From: Haliotis rubra
Taxonomy: Eukaryota
DNA length: 64,000 nt
Assembly (NCBI RefSeq): GCF_003918875.1
Contig: NW_025765059.1
Coordinates: 1,612,001-1,676,000, forward strand
Reading direction: 5' to 3'
A program made the position numbers and the translations under genes. Of this stretch, positions 25,100 to 37,780 are shown piece after piece. Each line of letters opens with the position of its first letter. Position 1 is the stretch's first letter. The notes under the pieces are model-generated. The model made no database searches and was not told where the DNA came from. It worked only from the letters and a program-made list of their open reading frames with translations.

Positions 25100-28000
25100 T
25101 TCATCTGTTTATTCCCATTCTCTCTCTCTCTGATGTTTGGCATGCTGGTTCCTAACACAGTTGTGCATCTTTTCATATGAAATTTGCATATTTTCCAAAT
25201 GTTGACTTATTTGACATTTGTATGGACAATTGGTATAGTTTTGGAGGCTATGCTCACCATGCCCAAACAGCACGGACAAAAGAGCTTGATTGAAGAACAA
25301 TCACCGGTGAGCTACAGCAGAGGTTACATCACCATGCAGTCAAGCCCAGAAACAAAGGCTGAACTCTCAAGTCTATCAACATATCTGTGAACTTGGTATT
25401 CAAAGACATAAGCCCACAAGACGAGGCAAGCGAGCTGGGCACAGGAAACAAAATCAGACCCATGTAATACAAAATGAGCTCAGCAGGACAAAAACATGTA
25501 ATGTAAATAACCTAATAAATGTTCACCCACCGAAGAGATCTTCTAAAGTTTAAGCCACCATGTGGAACGCACAGTCAGCCAGGAATAAAACTTTAGAAAT
25601 TGCAGATTTCATTGTTGAAGAGAACTTGGATGTAATGTTTATCACAGAATCGTGGCTCCGAACAGTTGGTGATGACAGTTTGATGACAGATATAACACCC
25701 GGCGGTTACACGTTGCACAGTCTACCTCGACAAACTGGATCCGGTGGAGGGATTGCTGTAATACACAGGGAAAGCCTCACTGTGGATATGTGTTCTGTGT
25801 CTATCAATCTGCCGTCGTTGGAGCTGCTGGAATGTGTTATCACTGCTGGAAATAAGTCCGTACGAGTTGTACTTGTATACAGACCGCCACCATCCAAAGC
25901 AAATGGCCTGACTATATCCAAATTTGTAAGTGACTTTGTTCTGTTGCTTGAATGTTTCATTACAAAAAACGGCCCATTGCTAATACTAGGTGACTTTAAT
26001 ACCCACTTTGAAGACCTGACAAAGACTGATGTAGAAGCTTGCAGAAAAATCCTCCATGCAAATGGTGTCATTCAACATGTTAAGCATGCTACTCATAAAA
26101 GGGGACATACTATTGACTGGCTTATCACCAGGGAATCTGACTTACTACTAAGTGAGATGAAAGTGCAGGATCGTCAAATGTCGGACCACTTCATGATTTC
26201 ATTTGAATTTGATCTTCAGAAACTCCCTCCGGTCAAAAAGTGTGTTGTGTGTAGAAACATTAAAGGTATTCCTCTGGATGTTTTCAGAGAGGATTTGTTG
26301 AGTTCCAAGCTTGTCTTGAATCCTACATCAGACATCGATGAACTAATGGACCTGTATGTCTCCACACTGGACGACCTGCTAGACAAGCACTCACCCTCTG
26401 TTACTCGAACAATCACAGTTCAGCCAAATGCACCTTGGTACAATTATGACATACAGACGGCAAAAGTACACAGGCGTAGAACAGAACGGAAGTGGAGCAA
26501 ATCTGGTTTAGAAGTTGACAGGCAAATATATCAGCAAGCAAGAACCGATTTGAAGAAACTCATCCGGAATGCTAAGTTAACATACTGCCGTGAGATGATT
26601 CTCTCCAACTCAAACAACCCTAAAGTTCTTTGGAATCAACTGTCAAAACTCCTAGGAAAAGGAGATCCAAAGCCACTTCCGACAGAGGAAAGTGATGAGA
26701 TTCTCTCTGAGAAGTTCAATTCTTACTTCATAACTAAAATTGACAATATCAGAGCAGTGTTAAGATCTTTGCAGTCTTCAACACCCAAGGATATCACGGC
26801 CCACGATCATATCTCAGGGGAAAGACTTGCACAGTTTGAACCTGTGTTGGAAAGTGAAGTGCTAACCCTCCTCAAGAAATCCAAGCAGACGACCTGTGAA
26901 CTAGATCATATTCCCACGAGTCTGCTGATGAAGGTGAGCGATGTTCTGATTCCTGTCATCACACACATCGTCAACACCAGTTTACAGACTGGACGTGTTC
27001 CCAAAGCTTTCAAAGAAGCCGTGGTGAAGCCTCTCCTGAAAAAGCAGAACCTTGATGTGAACACTTTGAGCAATTACCGCCCGGTATCTAATCTTTCCTT
27101 TACCTCGAAGATACTAGAGAAAGCTGTTGCAAAACAGCTAACTCAACATCTGGATACCCACGGATTGTCTTGCAAATTTCAATCAGCATACAAAAGATCA
27201 CACAGCACCAAGACGGCCCTGGTGCGAGTTGTGAACGATTTGCGCTCAGTGGTTGACCGTGGTGACTTAGGGATGCTTGTGCTGTTGGATTTATCCGCAG
27301 CTTTCCATACAATCGACCATGAGATCTTGAAGTAGACTTGAGATGCAGTATGGCCTGTCAGGATGTGTCCATGATTGGTTCTCCTCCTACCTGTCAGATC
27401 GGTGCCAGAGTGTCATCATCAAAAATACACAATCATCAAGGATCGATCTATGTTGTGGTGTGCCCCAGGGTTCTGTGTTGGGACCAGTACTGTTCACGCT
27501 ATATGCTGAACCACTGGGAGAGCTTCTCAATAGCCATGAAGTACCTCATCATTTTTATGCAGACGACTCCCAGTTGATCAACAGTATTTCTCCTGGTGTT
27601 GAACATTCATCTCTTGCAAAAATGGCAACTTGCACAACCGATGCCAAAACATGGATGGCAGCGAACATGCTGAAGTTGAATGAGAGCAAAACGGAAGCCA
27701 TGTTCATTGGACTAAGACGGACACTCCAGAAACTAGATGTGACTGACATCCCAATATGTGACATCACAGTCCCACATTCCAGATCCGTGAAGAATTTGGG
27801 AGTATATCTTCAATCAGATCTTTCGATGGACAGACAAGTCTCAGAGCCTTGTAGAGTCTGCAATTACCATCTGTGGAACATAGGAAGTATACGTCATCTT
27901 CTCACTCAAGACACTGCAGCAACTCTAGCGAGATCATTCATCCTGTCCCGGCTGGATTATTGCAACTGTCTCCTTGCTGAATCTACACAGTCAAACATTA

Positions 28001-28477
28001 ACCGCCTCCAGAGAATCCAAAATAAAACTGCTCGTATGGTTACCAGGTTACCCCAGTCCGCTGACATAAACAACATCTTAAGATCGCTGCACTGGTTGCC
28101 CATCCGTGCTCGTGTTGTTTTTAAACTCCTGTGCCTAGCCTACCAGTGTGTTCACGGAACTGCTCCTGAGTATCTGTGTGAACTCCTGACACAGTACCAG
28201 CCAGCTAGAGGTCTCCGGTCCAGTTCAAAGCAACTCCTTGACATTCCCAGATTTCAGCTAAAAACATTCGGAGGCAGATCTTTCAGTGTGACAGCAGCTG
28301 TCAAATGGAATCAGCTCCCTGACTCTTTAAAACACTCTGACTCTCTTCCATCATTCAAAGCCCTCCTGAAGACCTATCTGTTCAACAACTATCTCTGACT
28401 CTGGACTTTCTTTGCTAAAGCGCTTTGAGCGTGCATTGGTGTGTGGAAAAGCGCTATACAAATGGAACTATTATTAC
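25100..28477 (+). mobile_element. L2/CR1-clade LINE (APE endonuclease + reverse transcriptase), one frameshift; 5' boundary approximate
   Basis: ORF 25560-27335 (WNAQS, ITESWL, LGDFN, SDH; YRPVSNL, LLDLSAAF) continues in 27343-28398 (GVPQGSVLGP, YADD); 3' AAGCGCT...AAGCGCTATAC and (TAT)n tail. Confidence 0.93.
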
Positions 28478-29085
28478 ATGGCGGTATTGGCAATATTGTC
28501 CACAACGATTGGGCAGACTGGATTCTTCTCAGCCAGTATCATTGCAGCCTTGCGGCGGTCATCCAGTGACTTGTGAGAGGCAATCTGAACATTGTACTCG
28601 AAGCGCCAACCATCAGATGCATGCGCCTCTTCAATATAAATGATCAGAAAATCGGCGATGTTGGCAAACTCTGACGCCACGGCGTTGTAGCGCTTGAATT
28701 TGCTCATGAACGGTCGTCAGGTACAGCTCCCAAAGTTGACCACCAGGGGGCGCCCTTGTTTCTGAAAGTCCAGCAATCGGTGGATCTGTGTTCCGTCAAG
28801 TGAGTGCAGTCGAGGATTGGGGGCAAGATGGTGGAGGAAGGCGTCCTTATACAAGTCTAGATACGCTGCACGGAATACACCTTTGAAGTGACTCAGCTTC
28901 AGAACAGAACGATCGTAGTCTCTGGCAAGGTCTTCACTGGTCGCCCCCTCTACTTTTGTTGTAGTTACAACAACAATGTGTTTCCCGAACACTCTTTTGA
29001 AGATGGTGGAGACGAGGTAGACCCAGAGACGGAGTATTATTCCCAGCAGGCGCCACAGCAGTACCGTCTGTCTTACCACGCCCAT
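28474..29085 (-). pseudogene. Dio: Iodothyronine deiodinase copy A, 3'-truncated by the LINE
   Basis: NFGSCT-TGA(28717-28719)-RPF...YIEEAHASDGW...DNIANTA, then runs into the LINE tail and stops; the last ~50 codons, including FERL, are absent. Confidence 0.88.
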
Positions 29086-29199
29086 CGTACTGAAAGTTAA
29101 ACAGCAAATTTGACTTAAGTGTGCATGTGTTCAATCGAAACATAGTAAAAGAATATCGGGGTTCTTAACCAATTTTACTGAACATGACAGCCAATACAA

Positions 29200-29546
29200 A
29201 TCCGTGGTGTACTGGTTAGAGGTTCCGCTAGGAGAGCAGAAGGTCGCGGGTTCGATCCCCGGCTGCATCACACCAAAAGACGTTAAAATATGGTACTTGT
29301 TGGTCCCTGCCTGGCGCTCGGCATTAATGGGTACAACAAGGACTGGTCGGCTCGGAGTCAGTATAATGTGTCTGAGTGGGGTATTCATGCTTAACAGCGG
29401 CATGGTATCTCAGTGGGCTAGCACTATAAAACCAGGTAAGGTCTGGGCTAGTACAAGTAGCTACACATACACACGCATGCACGTTGTCATATGAGCGAAA
29501 TAATGTTAAGCGCGACGTTAAACCCCATTTTACCCCACCTCACCTC
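29200..29546 (+). mobile_element. tRNA-head SINE family 4, one copy per tandem unit (also ~33893-34238, ~38655-39001)
   Basis: A box TGGTGTACTGG, B box GGTTCGATCCC, (CACCT)n tail. Confidence 0.75.
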
Positions 29547-31999
29547 AAATGCAAAGAGAGTTAGGTGTGTATTTACGCATGTCATTCTCGCCGTATTTTT
29601 CCGTGGTGTTCAATTTTCATTGACAAGCACTGCTACCTGCAAATAAGATCATATTTCACCAAGCAATGCCAACCAGAAACATGTATGTGGCATTATGCAG
29701 TGTGCGTTCTCAAACCTTTCTCGGTCAATAAGTCGCACATTGGACTATTCTTGGAGTCCTACTCTGTTACAAAGAGGGCGATATTGCGATTGTTCCTACA
29801 CAATTGGCGGTAATTCATTTAATCAGGTGGACAATTTGACCGGTGAAAATTTACAGTGGACAGAATTTGTATTTGAACTGAACAGTTGCAATATAAAACG
29901 TATCAAAAGTGTGACTTTCATGTGTCATATGCATGAAACGGAAAAATGTCAATTCGTTGATTACACATGAAAATGTATAAGGGCTGATTGAGGAAATCTA
30001 GTATGCATTAAGAATGCAATGATATATGTATTTCGGATTTCGTACTGTATTTGCCAGAAATTCCCAGCATATTGCAGTTTACATGGATTAAGTATACGCC
30101 ATCATCGTCTCTGTATAGCCCTTCATGTTGAGGGGATTACCTCCAGACAGCCACACAGGACACGTGGAGCTGCAGGTATGAATGCAAGCTATGTCGGTCA
30201 AGTCCAGTAATCTACAGTCCTTTGACAACCGTCTAAAGGATACACGACTTGACCCACATTCTACATTGCCTGGTTGTTGTTTAACGCTGCACTCAGCAAT
30301 ATCCAGGTTTATCACGTCGGTCATAAATAATCTGGGTTGGACAATTGAAAGAGGATGGTTATGACTATCGAGATACGCAAATGAGATATGATGACAAGGT
30401 CAGCGAGTCTGACCATCAGACACAGCTGGTCCCCTTTATGACAGGCATGGGTCGCTGAAGATATACTTCAGCCATAAGTTAGTTAAAGCGAATATCTTGG
30501 TTTTGTTTTGCCAACCTAAGCAGAAATTCCGAGTCACATGTGTAAACACAGAGTGCTGTGAAACGGAAAGCACATCCATGGCGATTCCTACATTTTGTCT
30601 AAAATGTCTAACCTCAAAGTTCCATGTGTTATCAGTGGGGAAGACCAGACTGTCCCATATTTCTCGGTAAACGTCAGATGACACTAAAAGTCTTGCTCAA
30701 AATGACAAATTGGGGTGTGAGAATGTCTTTGGTTACCACCATGTTATGTGACATCTCATTGATGATGGAACAGAGTCATTCCTGGGGTTTGTCATGTGGG
30801 GTAGTGGTGTACAAAGGTGAAAAGTCAAATCTTTTGATGTAATTGAACTTGATGTTTTCTGAGATTGCCAAAATTCTTGCAAATCCTTTGAAGATTTGCA
30901 AATCTACTTATTATTGATTCCACTTGTCTGCAATTCATTCTCAGAACATGGCAACTGGCTGGGATAAAATGGGTTTCAGAACGATTTCAACTTTCCAATC
31001 GTCACCTTTGTGTCGAGAAATATTTCAACAGCTGCGGCTACATTGCATACATTTCGAACCTTCGAGTACGGAGGTCTTTCTTGGGCGATTTCGAAGAACA
31101 CCACATTGCTCAAACGTTGTTTGACCAAAGTTCCATCATACAAGGCCTAGGTAATACTTTCTAATGTGTTATTACCCGTGAAGATCCGGGGTAGAATAGG
31201 TCTTCAGTACCCCATGCTTGCCACAAAAGGCGACTATGCTTGTCGTAAGAGGCTCGCTGACTTGGTTGACACATGTCATCGGTTCCCAATTACGTAGATC
31301 GATGCTCATGCTGTTGATCACTGGATTGTCTGGTCCAGACTCGATTATTTACAGACCGCCGCCATATAGCTGGAATATTGCTGAGTGCGGCGTAAAACTA
31401 AACTCACTCACTCACTCTTATGTTTTGTGGAACACGTGTGGAGGTCATTATCAAATATGGCTCATCGGTGACAAACATGATATCCTTGTCTTTATTTATT
31501 GTAGATGAACAATTGACTTGCCTTTGCGTGTGTACGTGCCGGGTGTCCTCGGTGGACAGGATACGCTCACCTATTGCTAACATCTGGTGCCATCACCGTA
31601 TCATGGCGATTCATGTATACATGCTAAGACATGATATAGTCGAAATCATGCAATCGCATTTGCTATTAGCAGGGACAATCATTATAGATACAGAGAAGGC
31701 GTGATCGTTTCTTTTTACTCCAACTCTGTTTTCTCTTTTTCAGTTTGACCACGTGATCAGTGATGCTATCGCGTACACGTTCAGATGGTTGATTTTCTCC
31801 TCTGGTTTAAAAAACCCCTGTAATACGATTCAATTATTTCCCAGTCACGTTAAATCTCACATTTGTCATAACCGTTTATTATTGGTTCATAGTAAATGCA
31901 CAACTCTTCATGTTCAGCACAAATATTTTATTACAGATTAAAAACTGTGGTACATGTCTATACTGAGTAAAATGGACACATCATGAAAATACTATCATC

Positions 32000-32097
32000 G
32001 TTTTAACCCTTGTGACGTCAGCCTATAGCATCGGTCATTGTAGATGCACAGGTTTTCTGCAGTGACGTCATAGAGGGATGACTCACTGGGGTTAAAC
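32000..32097 (-). promoter_or_regulatory. SECIS element of Dio copy B
   Basis: AUGAC-GUCACUGCAG-AAAACCUGUGCAU-CUACAAUGAC-CGAU (UGAN/NGAN quartet, apical AAAA, two C.A mismatches in helix II); basal helix UUUAACCC..GUGA/UCAC..GGGUUAAA; AATAAA signals at ~31875 and ~31928. Confidence 0.8.
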
Positions 32098-33018
32098 GGG
32101 GAACAATTTATCACGATGTTCCTTAAATTGTTGATATAAACCTGACATGGTAGTGTACCATCATTTGATACCCCAAGTGCTTCACCTAGGCCTTTAATGC
32201 TTTAATGAGAGGAGTTCCTAGTGAAACGACGTAACTGCACTTATATATCATGGTTTGAGTTCTGACCTTTGTATATAATGTTTCAAGTAAACCCCTCCTA
32301 TATTCCGATCAATATCAGGACTGCCAAGAGTGTGTTCGGCAGGTAATGGTGAACCATTGAAATGTAAGTGTAATTTCTTGTTCGTTGGCCATTTGAGAGT
32401 TTTATTTCAACTGGGGTGGAGCACAAAGATTTACATCTTGGGTAGCGTATCTTGGGGAATTTCCCCTAGAATAGCGCATCAAGAACGATAAGAATGGTGA
32501 AAATGTTGACTTTCATTAATTGCAAGATTGTCTTGATTTCACTTAAATGTATGAAAAACACGTGATCAAAATGGCGTGAAAAACATACGGTCGTGGGAAC
32601 CCGCCAAACAGACACCCCCAACCTTAGGAAGATCACTTTTGGAACGTTCACATGTACTTGCCCCTAAAACTACTACTACTACTACTGGTGAATTTCTAAA
32701 AAGTTAATATTCAGCGAGAAGTATACCGGCCGGCCTAACGGTATTTCACAAAATCAAAGGTAGGGTTGGACCTTTCAACACAAGGCGTTAACTGGTTATA
32801 ATTCTCTAAATTCGGCTCCAGTCTGTCGGTCAGCTGTGCTTAAAAGTCTATATGCCTATATTCATTTCATTTTCAAACATACCTTCACATCTTGTGTACC
32901 TGTACCCGTCAATTTGTGGTTTTCTTAACGTGCATAGTAAGATTGCTTGCTTGGAGATGGTATAGGGTGAGTTACGTTACTTTAAAAGTTCAGCAAATGA
33001 AAATGTAATTGTTTAACT

Positions 33019-33777
33019 TCAGCAATGTTTGTCTGTAGAGCCCCTGTATGACGCCAACCACTGATGTACTTCGTCTAAATTGTAGAACTCAGGACCTCTT
33101 CCCCCCTCATATGCTATAACTCCATCTTTGATGATGTACAGTCGCTCAAAGTAGCCGCCATATTGGATGTTGGCGGTGTTGGCAATATTGTCCACAACTA
33201 TTGGGCAGACTGGATTCTTCTCAGCCAATATCATTGCAGCTTTGCGGCGGTCATCAAGTGACTTATGAGAGGCAATCTGAACATTGTACTCGAAGCGCCA
33301 ACCATCAGATGCATGCGCCTCTTCAATATAAATGATCAGAAAATCGGCGATGTTGGCAAACTCTGACGCCACGGCGTTGTAGCGCTTGAATTTGCTCATG
33401 AACGGTCGTCAGGTGCAGCTCCCAAAGTTGACCACCAGGGGGCGCCCTTGTTTCTGAAAGTCCAGCAATCGGTGGATCTGTGTTCCGTCAAGTGAGTGCA
33501 GTCGAGGATTGGGGGGCAAGATGGTGGAGGAAGGCGTCCTTATACAAGTCTAGATACGCTGCACGGAATATAGCTTTGAAGTGACTCAGCTTCAGAACAG
33601 AACGATCGTAGTCTCTGGCAAGGTCTTCACTGGTCGCCCCTCTACTTTTGTTGTAGTAACAACAACAATGTGTTTCCCGAATACTCTTTTGAAGATTGTG
33701 GAGACGAGGTAGACCCAGAGACGGAGTATTATTCCCAGCAGGCGCCACAGCAGTACCGTCTGTCTTACCACGCCCAT
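33019..33777 (-). pseudogene. Dio: Iodothyronine deiodinase copy B; two homopolymer frameshifts (pseudogene or sequencing error)
   Basis: Same length as copy C, but C4 instead of C5 at 33637-33640 and G6 instead of G5 at 33511-33516; Sec TGA at 33409-33411. Confidence 0.75.
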
Positions 33778-36700
33778 CGTACTGAAAGTTAAACAGCGAA
33801 TTTGACTTAATTGTGCATGTGTTCAATCGAAACATAGTAAAAGAATATCGGGGTTCTTAACCAATTTTACTGAACATGACAGCAAATACAAATCCGTGGT
33901 GTACTGGTTAGAGCGTCCGCCCGGAGACCGGAAGGTCGCGGGTTCGATCCCCGGCTGCATAACACCAAAAGACGTTAAAATATGGTACTTGTTGGTCCCT
34001 GCCTGGCGCTCGGCATTAATGGGTACAACAAGGTCTGGTCGGCTCGGAGTCAGTATAATGTGTCTGAGTGGGGTATTCATGCTTAACAGCGGCATGGTAT
34101 CTCAGTGGGCTAGCACTATAAAACCAGGTAAAGTCTGGGCTAGTACAAGTAGCTACACATACACACGCATGCACGTTGTCATATGAGCGAAATAATGTTA
34201 AGCGCGACGTTAAACTCCATTTTACCCCACCTCACCTCAAATGCAAAGAGAGTTAGGTGTGTATTTACGCATGTCATTCTCACCGTATTTTGCCGTGGTG
34301 TTCAATTACGTTACGTTCTCTATCAGTATTTCTATAAACTCCTAAACTTAAACAAGAGTTCATATTTCACTGCTACCAAAATAAGATCATATTTCACCAA
34401 GCAATGCCAACCAGAAACAATTGTGCAGTGTGCGTTCTCAAACCTTTCTCGGTCAATAAGTCGCATATTGTATGACTGTACACGCACGTCACCAGAGTAA
34501 TGTATCATTATCTGACAGTTGACATATGTGTGTCGGCCAGGTGAAATGTGTCACTATTCTTGGAGTCCTACTCTGTTACAAAGAGGGCGATATTGCGATT
34601 GTCCCTACACAATTGGTGGTAATTCATTTAATCAGGTGGACAATTTGACCGGTGAAAATTTACAATGGACAGAATTTGTATTTGAACTGAACAGTTGCAA
34701 TATGAAAAGTGTGACTTTCATGTGTCATATGCATGAAACGGAAAAATGTCAATTCGTTGATTACACATGAAAATGTATAAGGAGGAAATCTAGTATGCAT
34801 TAAGAATGCAATGATATATCTATTTCGGATTTCGTACTGTATTTGCCAGAAATTCCCAGCATATTGCAGTTTACATGGATTAAGTATATACGCCATCATC
34901 GTCTCTGTATAGCCCTTCATGTTGAGGGGATTACCTCCAGACAGCCACACAGGACACGTGGAGCTGCAGGTATGAATGCAAGCTATGTCGGTCAAGTCCA
35001 GTAATCTACAGTCCTTTGACAACCGTCTAAAGGATACACGACTTGACCCACATTCTACATTGCCTGGTTGTTGTTTAACGCTGCACTCAGCAATATCCAG
35101 GTTTACCACGTCGGTCATAAATAATCTGGGTTGGACAATTGAAAGAGGATGGTTATGACTATCGAGATACGCAAATGAGATATGATGACAAGGTCAGCGA
35201 GTCTGACCATCAGACACAGCTGGTCCCCTTTATGACAGGCATGGGTCGCTGAAGATATACTTCAGCCATAAGTTAGTTAAAGCGAATATCTTGGTTTTGT
35301 TTTGCCAACCTAAGCAGAAATTCCGAGTCACATGTGTAAACACAGAGTGCTGTGAAACGGAAAGCACATCCATGGCGATTCCTACATTTTGTCTAAAATG
35401 TCTAACCTCAAAGTTTCACGTGTTATCAGTGGGGAAGACCAGAATGTCCCATATTTCTCGGTAAACGTCAGATGACACTAAAAGTCTTGCTCATAATGAC
35501 AAATTGGGGTGTGAGGATGTCTTTGGTCACCACCATGTTATGTGACATCTCATTGATGATGGAACAGAGTCATTCCTGGGGTTTGTCATGTGGGGTAGTG
35601 GTGTAACAAAGGTGAAAAGTCAAATCTTTTGATGTAATTGAACTTGATGTTTTCTGAGATTGCCAAAATTCTTGCAAATCCTTTGAAGATTTGCAAATCT
35701 ACTTATTATTGATTCCACTTGTCTGTAATTCATTCTCAGAACATGGCAACTGGCTGGGATAGAATGGGTTTCAGAACGATTTCAACTTTCCAATCGTCAC
35801 CTTTGTGTCGAGAAATATGTCAACAGCTTCGGCTACATTGCATACATTTCGAACCTTCGAGTACGGAGGTCTTTCTTGGGCGATTTCGAAGAACACCACA
35901 TTGCTCAAACGTTGTTTGACCAAAGTTTCATCATGCAAGGCCTAGGTAATACTTTCTAATGTTTTATATTCCCCGTGAAGATCCGGGGTAGAATAGGTCT
36001 TCAGCAACCCATGCTTGCCACAAAAGGCGACTATGCTTGTCGTAAGAGGCTCGCTGACTTGGTTGGCACATGTCATCTGTTCCCAATTACGCAGATTGAT
36101 GCTCATGCTGTTGATCACTGGATTGTCTGGTCCAGACTCGATTATTTACAGACTGCTGCAATATAGCTGGAATATTGCTGAGTGCGGCTTAAAACTAAAC
36201 TCACTCACTCACTCTTATGTTTTGTGGAACACGTGTGGAGGTCATTATCAAATATGGCGCATCGGTGACAAACATGATATCCTTGTCTTTATTTATTGTA
36301 GATGAACAATTGACTTGCCTTTGCGTGTGTATGTGCCGGGTGTCCTCGGTGGACAGGATACGCTCATCTATTGCTAACATCTGGTGCCATCACCGTATCA
36401 TGGCGATTCATGTATACATGCTAAGATATGATATAGTCGAAATCATACAATCGCATTTGCTATTAGCAGGGACAATCATTATAAATACAGAGAAGGCGTG
36501 ATCGTTTCTTTTTACTCCAACTCTGTTTTCTCTTTTTCAGTTTGACCACGTGATCAATGATGCTATCGCGTACACGTTCAGATTGTTGATTTTCTCCTCT
36601 GGTACAAAAACCCCTGTAATACGATTTAATTATTTCCCAGTCACGTTAAATCTCACATTTGTCATAACCGGTTATTATTGGTTCATAGTAAATGCACAAC

Positions 36701-36795
36701 TCTTCATGTTCAGCTCAAATATTTTATTACAGATTAATAACTGTGGTACATGTCTATACTGAGTAAAATGGACACATCATGAAAATACTATCATC

Positions 36796-36893
36796 GTTTT
36801 AACCCTTGTGACGTCAGCCTATAGCATCGGTCAATGTAGATGCACAGGTTTTCTGCAGTGACGTCATAGAGGGATGACTCACTGGGGTTAAAC
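36796..36893 (-). promoter_or_regulatory. SECIS element of Dio copy C
   Basis: Same fold as copy B; the single helix-II substitution falls at an already mismatched position. Confidence 0.8.
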
Positions 36894-37780
36894 GGGAAAC
36901 AATTTATCACGATGTTCCTTAAATTGTTGATATAAACCTGACATGGTAGTGTACCATCATTTGATACCCCAAGTGCTTCACCTAGGCCTTTAATGAGAGG
37001 AGTTCCTAGTGAAACGACGTAACTGCACTTATATATCATGGTTTGAGTTCTGACCTTTGTATATAATGTTTGAAGTAAACCCCTCCTATATTCCGATCAA
37101 CATCAGGACTGCCAAGATTGTGTTCGGCAGGTAATGGTGAACCATTGAAATGTAAGTGTAATTTCTTGTTCGTTGGCCATTTGAGAGTTCTATTTCAACT
37201 ACCCAAGATTTACATCTAGGGTAGCGTATCTTGGGGACTTTCCCCTAGAGTAGCGCATCAAAAACGATAACAATGGTGAAACACAATTATCAAAATGTAT
37301 TTCACATGTACTTAAACGATCGCAAAAAACACGGTCGTGATAAGGTAACCCGCCAATCGAGCCAAACACACACCCCAACCTTAGGAAGATCACTTTTGGG
37401 AACGTTCACATGTACTTGCCCCTAAAACTACTACTACTACTACTACTGGTGAATTTCTAAAAAGTTAATATTCAGTGAGAAGTATACCGGCCGGCCTAAC
37501 GGCATTTCACAATTCAAAGGTATCGGGTTGGACCTTTCAACACAAAGCGTTAACTGGTTATAATTCTCTAAATTCGGCTCCAGTCTGTCGGTCAGCTGTG
37601 CTTAAAAGTCTATATGCCTATATTCATTTCATTTTCAAACCTACCTTCACATCTTGTGTACCTGTACCCGTCAATTTGTGGTTTTCTTAACGTGCATAGT
37701 AAGATTGCTTGCTTGGAGATGGTATAGGGTGAGTTACGTTACTTTAAAAGTTCAGCAAATGAAAATGTAATTGTTTAACT

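Noticed and set aside
33019-33399. Separate 126-aa proteins starting MSKFKR (and the 122-aa upstream ORFs)
   Set aside because: They are halves of one selenoprotein CDS split at the Sec UGA
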